Positions 32,811 through 34,997 of a stretch of DNA of 34,997 bases are shown in pieces. Origin of the DNA: Chiloscyllium plagiosum. Lineage: Eukaryota. Made by a program: the position numbers and the translations under genes. The notes under the pieces are model-generated. The model did not search any database. It was not told the DNA's origin and saw nothing but the letters and a program-made list of their open reading frames with translations. The DNA is taken from assembly GCF_004010195.1 (NCBI RefSeq), contig NC_057719.1, positions 11,442,675-11,477,671 of the forward strand, in the 5' to 3' direction. Position 1 is the first letter of the stretch. Each line of letters starts with the position of its first letter.

Positions 32811-34168
32811 TTCTCTTCTGAGCCATCATGCCGCCCCTGACTAGGGTCAGAAGCAAGTTTTAGTCTTATCTCCTTACAGAAGTATAGGAAATTTCAGGGA
32901 TGTATGGTCACCTCCATAGAAGAGTTTAATTTTGGCAACTTCCAAACCAAGAGAGTTTTATTAGAAATCTGCAAGTTATTCGAACTGAGAAGGCTTAGGC
33001 TCTCAAAGCTGTGGAAGAGTTCATGTTGGCAGATTGGAAAACACTTCACATTGTGTCTACTTCCACAGCAAACAATCTACTAGGACACACAAAATAAGGA
33101 GCTGAGTTGGGTGTACTTTCTTGATATATGACCTTCTGTAAGTTAATGGTGTTAACAAATAAGTTACAAAAACTTTATTTCGCTCGGAGTTTGAAGATTT
33201 TTCTAGATGCATTCTGTACTTATTTATTTTCATTTATGCTTTTGTAATAAACTTCTGTAATTAAAGAAAATCTGCAGCCCATTGTCTATCAAATCAGGTT
33301 TCGTTCTGAGATCTGACTTGTCCAGTAGTTTTTAAAAATAAAGCTGTTACTCCATACTTTCTTCACAGAATGAATAACCTCATAGCTTGTATTCAATCTG
33401 TAAGCAGCAGGAAAGGGTCTTGTGACACGGTGGTCGTATCCCTACCAGACAATCTAGATCCAAATCACATGTTCCAGAGTGTGTCATAACATTATCTGAA
33501 CAGGTTGATTAAAAATAATTAATAGCAGCAGGACTGGGAGTAAGATCTATTACACAATAGTCTCCCAGTTTTATTTGTATATAGTCTATATGTGTAAAAA
33601 TAATCTTCAAATAAAGAACCCATATTAATATTTTGACAGTCCAAATATATATGGTGAACAGAGGTGAGCATAACAAAAAAGCCTTATAAGTTAAGAAGAT
33701 AGGAATGCAAGTTGGACATTCAGCCCGTCAAACCTGCTCCAACGGTCAGTTAAATCATGGTTGATCCTCATTTTAACTCCGTTTTCCCTCCTTGACTTGC
33801 CTTCAACAGGGTTTTGGATTTCCAGTATCATTTATGTAAAGGTGTTCTCCAGATTTCATGTCTGAACATCCTAATTTTAAGACAATGCTGTCACGTTTTG
33901 GACTTGTTCACTGTTGGAAGTAACCTATTCCTATCTTCCCTATAAACATAGAAGATAGGAGACAGCCATTGAGCGGATTTCAGCTCTGCCATTCATGATT
34001 ATGACTGATACTCTTAACACAAAGTAAGTTCTTTAATGAACTTAAAACACTTCAATTTGATCATTCTGTCCCAACTCCCCACCCCTTTGCTATGTCCTCT
34101 ACAATATTCATTATCATTTTAATAATTCCAGAGATCTTCCAAATGATTGTGTAACCTTTTTCTTGCAG

Positions 34169-34277
34169 GTATTGATCACACCACTTAATGTGACTTCCAT
34201 CAGTGATAAGGATGCCTCTAAAGCTGGATTGAAGCCAGTTTGCAAATGGAAAGCTTATAGTTTAGAAGACTATCCAG
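34169..34277 (+). CDS. ALKBH1: ALKBH1 coding exon 2 (109 nt)
   Basis: Acceptor cctttttcttgcAG, then VLITPLNVTSISDKDASKAGLKPVCKWKAYSLEDYP(G), then GT at 34278. Matches recalled human VIKSQLNVSSVSEQNAYRAGLQPVSKWQAYGLKGYPG and is in frame with exon 1. Confidence 0.94.
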
Positions 34278-34835
34278 GTACTGTACATTTCGCAACCCAA
34301 ACAGGTCATAGCACCCTATCATTGCCAATGAAATATGAATGGAATTGCTGTCTACATGGGCTTAAATGGTCGACCTGACCAAGCGTACTCCCCACCGCAA
34401 CTAAGTCTTGCTGTGGAGAACCCTAACTTTACAGTTTAAAACAAATATAAATAGAACCATAAAGCACAGGAGGTGATCATTCAGTCCAGCATGCATGTGC
34501 ATTCTCTTTGAAAGTTGGGAAATCCATCAGACAAAGCTGGCCTAGATTTCTAGATAAACGTAAAGCCACACAACATTGCTCTCAAACAGCAGGCACTAGC
34601 CAGCTGTCTAGGTTGCGTACAAGTAAGAACAATTGTAGTTGGTTAGGCAGTAAAGTACAGTTACTCTTTTCTGTATCAGTTGTAGGGAATGGTGTTCTGT
34701 TTCTGGTCAATCCTTTCTCAAGCTAGTAGTTTATCTCAGAATAATGTTCCATCAGTCCTTTTACTTTGTACTTTTCTAGATGGCTGAATTTCATCCCATC
34801 AAGAGATGCACTGCAAGATCTGGGCAATCATAATT

Positions 34836-34997
34836 GCTTTCTCTCCTTTCTCATTCTCTTTTTGTGGTCTGTCTTTATTTTTTTCACTTTTTTTTCTCTC
34901 TCTCAGTTTTGTCTTCTCACTTCCTCTTTTACCTCTCTCATCTCTTTCTGTCTTTTCTCTGTTTTCTTTCCTTGTGGTCTTGTTTTCTCTTTCTTTT
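34836..34997 (+). repeat. Pyrimidine-rich (CT/T) low-complexity tract in ALKBH1 intron 2
   Basis: Almost purine-free on the plus strand. Confidence 0.8.

Noticed and set aside
29950..34100. Additional exons or short ORFs in distal ALKBH1 intron 1
   Set aside because: No recognisable protein similarity, and exons 1 and 2 already join in frame and match the known protein contiguously.

Overview
Eukaryotic, repeat-dense vertebrate DNA, most likely a shark or other elasmobranch (inferred from HE1-like tRNA SINEs, CR1/HER1-like LINEs and Penelope elements). It holds the 5' ends of two head-to-head genes whose ATGs are 218 bp apart: SLIRP on the minus strand (coding exons 6629-6695 and 425-483) and ALKBH1 on the plus strand (coding exons 6914-7042 and 34169-34277, with a 27.1-kb intron 1). 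The rest is largely nested transposon debris. The most striking observation is two copies, in inverted orientation, of a non-autonomous LTR retroelement (TG..CA LTRs, tRNA-Ser primer site, polypurine tract, no gag/pol/env). Its cargo is an intronless, internally deleted copy of a host RBPMS2-like RNA-binding-protein mRNA. Also present are a solo LTR whose TATA-like region carries about 7 stacked poly(A)-tailed units, and several Penelope-type minimal hammerhead ribozyme motifs. All calls were made by eye from the sequence and from recalled protein sequences. No alignments or database searches were run, and boundaries of decayed repeats are approximate.
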